From contig OX597832.1 in assembly GCA_951406725.2 (NCBI GenBank), forward strand, positions 19,654,001 through 19,718,000: a DNA stretch of 64,000 nt, in the 5' to 3' direction. The position numbers and the translations under genes were made by a program. Each line of letters begins with the position of its first letter. The first letter of the stretch is position 1. The notes under the pieces are model-generated. The model did not search any database. It worked only from the letters and a program-made list of their open reading frames with translations, and was not told the origin of the DNA. This document shows positions 58,232 through 64,000 of the stretch, piece by piece. The DNA is from Octopus vulgaris. Taxonomy: Eukaryota.

Positions 58232-58516
58232 TGTAAGCCTAGTACTTATTCTATTGGTCTCTTTTGCTGAACCGCTAAGTTACGAGGACGTAAACATACC
58301 AGCATCGGTTGTCAAGCGATGTTTGGGAAGGGGCAAACACAGACACACAAACACACATATACATATACATAAATACGACGTGCTTCTTTCAGTTTCCGCC
58401 TACCAAATCCATTCACAAGGCTTTGGTCGGCCCGAGGCTATAGTAAAAGAAATTTGCCCGAGGTGCCACGCAGTGGGACTGAACCCGGAACCACCTCACA
58501 GCCACTCCTGCGCCTG
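58232..58516 (-). mobile_element. SINE family C
   Basis: Collinear with 31662-32113. Confidence 0.82.
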
Positions 58517-58937
58517 TGGATGAATTTGTTATACGGGAACTGTATGGAAGCCAATAGTATAGGCATATATGTGTTTCTGCATCTCTGTGTGTGTCTGAGC
58601 CATTGTGTTTGTGTTTGTTCTAACGCTCCGCTTGATAACCATTGCTAGTTTGTTTGTGTTTCCATAAATTAACGATATTTCAATGGCTGTTGAGACAATT
58701 AGTATAAGCTCCAACATGTCTGCTGTCCTATAAGTGAATAAATATTATGAGCTGTGGTGGTGAAAACAACGGTACTGGAACTGGACTTGCTGATCATTAT
58801 CGATGTTGTAGCTATTGGTGTTGTTGATTATGATGATAACCATGATGTTATTTAGCCATAGGCAGGTCTCTTGGAAGCTAAAGGTATTTCAAATGTGACA
58901 ATCAGATTTTTCTAGAACACTTTAAGCCGACATTATG

Positions 58938-59349
58938 GGAGAGCTGGCAGAAACGTTAGCGCGCCGGGTGAAATGCTTAGCTATATTTCGTCTGTCATTA
59001 CGTTTTGAGTTCAAATTCCGACGAGGTCGACTTTGCCTTTCATCCTTTCGGGGTCGATAAATTAAGTACCAGTTACGCACCGGGGTCGATATATTCGACT
59101 TAATCCGTTTGTCTGTCATTGTTTGTCCCCTCTGTGTTTAGCCCCTTGTGGGTAGAAAAGAAACAGATATTTCGTGTGTCTTTACATCTGAGTTCAAATT
59201 CCGCCGAGGTCGACCTTGCCTTTCATCCTTTCGGGGTCGATAAATAAAGTACCAGTTACGCACCGGGGCCGATGTAATCAACTTAATCTCTGTGTCTGTC
59301 CTTGTCTGTCTCCTCCATGTTTAGTTCCCCTTTGGGCAATAAAGAAATA
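58938..59349 (+). mobile_element. Dimeric SINE family A
   Basis: Head gagctggcagaaacgttagc, junction aaagaaac|agatatttcg near 59165, second B-type tail. Confidence 0.88.
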
Positions 59350-59560
59350 ATTATGGAACGCATCTTCTTTATAATACTGACGTGGTTGAAATTAGGATGC
59401 TGGTAGCTATTTCTAGCAATTCGATTGACTGTATACGAATTTTCTTCGCGGGCTGGCTGGCTGGCTGACTGGTGAGGGCTTGTGTTATTTGTTACGGTTA
59501 GTCTAGATGTAGTCCAATGAAGATAGTGTGTTTCTATGACAATGGCGTAAAGGCTCTTAC

Positions 59561-59724
59561 GTCATCAGAAGAACAATTATGTTTACGAGAAGCAGTCTGA
59601 GCATGTTGAGCTCTTTTAATATTACAGGAATGACAGAAGATTTAGCAGTGAACCGAGTAGCAGTTAATCTGTTAGAAAACTTTGAGACAATTAGGCGGTG
59701 GAACTCGGAAGTGTAGAATACACG
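59561..59724 (-). other. Candidate first coding exon (signal-peptide-like start)
   Basis: Long pyrimidine tract then catccag|; caacATG at 59604 gives MLRLLLVNIIVLLM-AC|gtaaga. Confidence 0.4.
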
Positions 59725-60055
59725 CTGGATGAAGCAGTGAAAGCGAAAAAAAGCAAAAAGAGAGAGAGAAAGAACAAAATGATGAAAAAGAAAGAACAAA
59801 AAAGGCAGAAGACAACAGAATAAGAAAAGGTACAAAAGCAAACAAAATTATACATAGAATATAGAGAAAAAAAAAAAGAATGTAGAAAATATATTGAAAA
59901 AAACAGACCCGACAATAAACTGAAAATACCAATAAATAGATATCAATAAGAAATAGTGTTAGTGGCGATGGTATTAGTAGTAGTAGTAGTAGTATTAGTA
60001 GCAGCATCAGTAGTAGTAGTATATACAAATACATAAATGTATATATATCTATCCA

Positions 60056-60121
<66 letters not shown>

Positions 60122-60178
60122 AGAGAAAGAGAGAGAGTTTACAGGAGAGAGAGAAAGAGATAGATAGATATAGGAAAT

Positions 60179-60218
<40 letters not shown>

Positions 60219-60902
60219 GTACGTATGTGTATATATATATATATCTTTGTGTGTGTGTATATATATACATATGCATACATATATAAAATAGTGTACCTTA
60301 ATCGCAAGAGAAAACTACCTTCAACAGGCAGTTTTTACACGCTAGAAAAAGTAGTCAAAACGACCAAGACCACATTTAAAAGCATTCTTCAAAAGGGAAG
60401 AAGAATAAAATGTTTTACCTTGTTATTTTAATTTATATGAATATAATGGAAATAGGAAAATAACGTCCAAGGATGTACGTGTAGGAATTTAGTAAACTTC
60501 GACCACGTATGCAACAAGTACAAATGACAAAAGTTCGGCGATATACGAGTAAACGACTTTATTAACACCATAAGTTATACACTTCATCTCATATTGAAAT
60601 CACAGAAAATTACAATAAGCTGACAGTCACCATACAACCTACGGTTTAACCACTAAAGTTGCTAAAATGCCAATAAAAATCCGACAATATAGGTTTCAAC
60701 ACACGACGATGTCATAGAAGCAGAAGTTTAGCTAAGCCGTTTCAGTGTATGTTACACGTTATTTTACAAACAATATTGTTTGTTATGAAACGATTATAGT
60801 TCGCACTTTACCAGTTCCATTCCATATATTCTTGCAAATATATAAATAAATATACATATATACAATTTTGACGTCATAAGAATTTATAAAATTTTGAGAG
60901 AT

Positions 60903-61095
60903 ATGTTTCTTTATTAGCCACACAGAGCTGCACACAGACGGGACAGATTACAAAGTAGAGCTTTTCTTTTTTGGGAGAAAAAGTAAAGTGTGGTAGGTTT
61001 TCGATGAAAAGGGATCGTAAAAGGGGGAAAAAAGGGAAATAAAAAAAAGAGCAAGAAACAAAACCGATCAATAGGGATTGTGTATCACAGAAGAT
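60903..61095 (-). mobile_element. 3' end of a retroelement sharing the SINE-A type-B tail
   Basis: Ends gtggctaataaagaaac; 34/44 identity to the SINE tail; related end at ~63277-63320. Confidence 0.5.
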
Positions 61096-61807
61096 ATATA
61101 GATACATACATACATACGTACATACAAACAAACATAGATCCATCCATCCATCCATCCATCCATCCAACCATACATACATACATACGTACATACATACATT
61201 TGTTAGAAGTTCAACACACATCAATATAAACATTTGTTTGCATGCGAAGGACAGTTTTAAAATTAAACTGTAACTTCGTTCTGTTTTCAATAATTTCATA
61301 GCGTTACTTTTATATTTTCGCTTGAGCTCTTTACCGTTCGATTGCAAAGGCAAGGTCGCTAAACCCGTCACAATCAACTTTTGCAGACATCCTCAGACGC
61401 ATCATCGGGACAATTGTAGTTTTGACGTATTTACCTGCCTAAATGTTAACATTTTATGCGCATGTGCGTATATATATACACACACACACAAACATACACA
61501 TACTTATTTATACATGTATGTGTGTGTGTCTGCGGTTGACGATTAAAATACAACAATGATGGTTACGAGACGTTCATGCGTTGCTGTATCAGAATTAAGT
61601 TTCCGGCAGAGAAAATTAAACTTACAAAAGAGACGTAAGTCTACACTTAGCACATTGAAGCGAAGAAACAAGCAAAATAAATATTTAAATAAATGAATAT
61701 GTAAACGTAGGAAAGTCAGAAGCTGAACGGAAGCGTTAGAGAAAGAAAAAAATAGTCAATGTGATGGTGACGACGATGTGAATACTGCCGCTGTTGTGGA
61801 TGCTGAA

Positions 61808-61847
<40 letters not shown>

Positions 61848-62284
61848 GTGATGATGTTTATGATGATGAAGTTGATAATGTTGTTGATGATGAAGATGGG
61901 AAAACCATTACTAATAACAAACAAAATAAGAGCGAATACCAAAGAATGACAAGACAAGAGTAGCGGATTGATGACGGCAACAACATCATCAACAATAGGA
62001 ACAAAACAGCGGCAGCAGCATCAGCAACAGCAGCAACATCAACAGCAATAGTAAGCACGTCGATATCGTCAATAAAAGTAAGAACAGGAACAACAGGTAT
62101 AGCAACAAAGACAGCAAGATTACTACCTGCGCAAGAATACAGGAAACCAACAGAAAAGGGGAAACGGGGAGGGGAGCAAGTAAAAACAAAACAAAACAAA
62201 AACAACAAAAAAAACAATTACCAGCAAAAGAAGCAGATGCACCAAAAATCAGTCAAAGCAACTGCAACAATACCAATGGTATGT

Positions 62285-62327
62285 TGATGATGATCATGAT
62301 CATGATCATGACGATGACGAAGGTGAC

Positions 62328-62386
<59 letters not shown>

Positions 62387-62394
62387 CAATGACG

Positions 62395-62425
<31 letters not shown>

Positions 62426-62511
62426 CAACGATGATGATGATGACGGTGATGATAACGATGATGATGATGATGATAATAATAATAATAGTAATATTGATAA
62501 TAATAATATTG

Positions 62512-62547
<36 letters not shown>

Positions 62548-62553
62548 TTAATG

Positions 62554-62604
<51 letters not shown>

Positions 62605-62622
62605 GTAATAATAATAATAATT
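62285..62622. repeat. (GAT)n then (AAT)n arrays
   Basis: Direct reading. Confidence 0.95.
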
Positions 62623-62623
62623 T

Positions 62624-62856
62624 AGGCGTAGGAGAGGCTCTGTGGTAAGTAGCTTGCTTACGAACCACATGGGTCCGGGTCCAGTCCACCCAGAAGGCTT
62701 TGTTAGACGGAGACTGCAAGATACCCGTCGTATAGAGACCGATAGAATAAGTACTAGGCTTATAAAAAATAAGTCCTGGGGTCGATTTGCTCGACTAAAG
62801 GCGGTGCTCCAGCATGGCCACAGTCAAATGACTGAAACAAGTAAAAGAGCAAAAGA
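62624..62856 (+). mobile_element. SINE family C, internally deleted
   Basis: Head aggcgtaggagaggctctgtggtaagtagc and tail taaaggcggtgctccagcatggcc. Confidence 0.8.
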
Positions 62857-62864
62857 GTTATAAC

Positions 62865-62907
<43 letters not shown>

Positions 62908-62917
62908 GTAGTAAAAA

Positions 62918-63178
62918 AGAAGACGAAGAAGAAGAAGAAGAAGAAGAAGAAGAAGAAGAAGAAGAAGAAGAAGAAGAAGAAGAAGAAGAAGAAGAAGAAG
63001 AAGAAGAAGACGTAGAAGAAGAAGAAGAAGAAGAAGAAGAAGAAGAAGAAGAAGAAGAAGAAGAAGAAGAAGAAGAAGAAGAAGAAGAAGAAGAAGAAGA
63101 AGAAGAAGAAGAAGAAGAAGAAGAAGAAGAAGAAGAAGAAGAAGAAGAAGAAGAAGAAGAAGAAGAAGAAAAAGAAGA
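62918..63178. repeat. (GAA)n array
   Basis: Direct reading. Confidence 0.95.
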
Positions 63179-64000
63179 CCCCCGAAAGAATTAAAGTCAA
63201 AGTTGACTTCGACAGAATTTGAACTCAGGAAATGAAGACGGACGAAAATTCTGAGAAGCATTTTGCCCGAAGAATGATTTATTCTTTTATTAGCCACAAG
63301 GGCTCACATACAAAACATTAAATGACGTACAATAACATAAAAGGCAATAATAGGACGATGCAATGGGGTTTTGCGTGTACACAATGTAATAACAATTACG
63401 GATTAAACAGATTAAAACTCCCAATAGGAGAGGCGATTTAAGTTCCTCGTGGAAAAACTCACAAAACCACGGGTGCCTAAAACAACAGGGCAAGAGCCCT
63501 TCTTTGATTCCCTTTTTACTGTCTTTGGTTTTAAATAAATTTTGTGGTTGCCATTTAGTGTTAGATCGCTCGTATTACAAGCAACAAGAAAGACATTTCA
63601 CGCGAAGCAACATCCAGAATTATATTACTAAATTTACGGATTTGATTTGGGAAAATTTTGTTTGTTAATTTGACCAAGTTTAGCGACATATGAAGTGTAA
63701 TTACACTTACCAAACGTTGACATATTTCAAGATAAAGTAATTTGGGTTGAGACGAATGTTTGCAAACAATATAATATCATATGGTTTATATTATTCATCT
63801 ATAAAAATTTAGATTTCCGACAAACCTGAGATATTTAAATGAAAGTTTCCAAATTGTATAAACCTCTACGAAGCCTACTATATTTTCAATTTGGATTGAA
63901 GATTTATTACTGCATACCGTGGGTTTCACTCTATTTATATACATATTAAAGCATGTTGGTAACTATGATGAAATACTAATGGAAATGTTTGAGTTGAGAG

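Overview
AT-rich eukaryotic (animal) DNA dominated by microsatellites ((AT)n, (ATGT)n, (AAT)n, (ATCT)n, (GAA)n, (AC)n) and transposable-element remnants. The SINE repertoire and microsatellite load look like an octopus/coleoid cephalopod genome (inference from recalled repeat families, not verified). Almost every ORF in the supplied track is a translated microsatellite, and no intact host gene is certain. Recognisable elements: a decayed Tc1/mariner with both TIRs (1393-2648), a Neptune-type Penelope-like element (PLE) RT+GIY-YIG fossil (10170-11145), two CR1/L2-group LINE fossils, an RTE 5' fragment, a 5'-truncated R4/Dong-type element sitting in (AAT)n, three non-autonomous Helitrons (two fused head-to-tail) and many copies of at least four tRNA-derived SINE families, including a recurrent dimer. 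The most notable signal is a series of type-I hammerhead-ribozyme motifs (best at 9143-9228 on the minus strand and 13541-13632 on the plus strand). They sit in short modules beside (AT)n tracts and are repeatedly accompanied by long fold-back inverted repeats. Several well-formed minus-strand splice-site pairs (59561-59724, 39175-39326, 24432-24498) suggest the window may be intronic to a sparse-exon gene.
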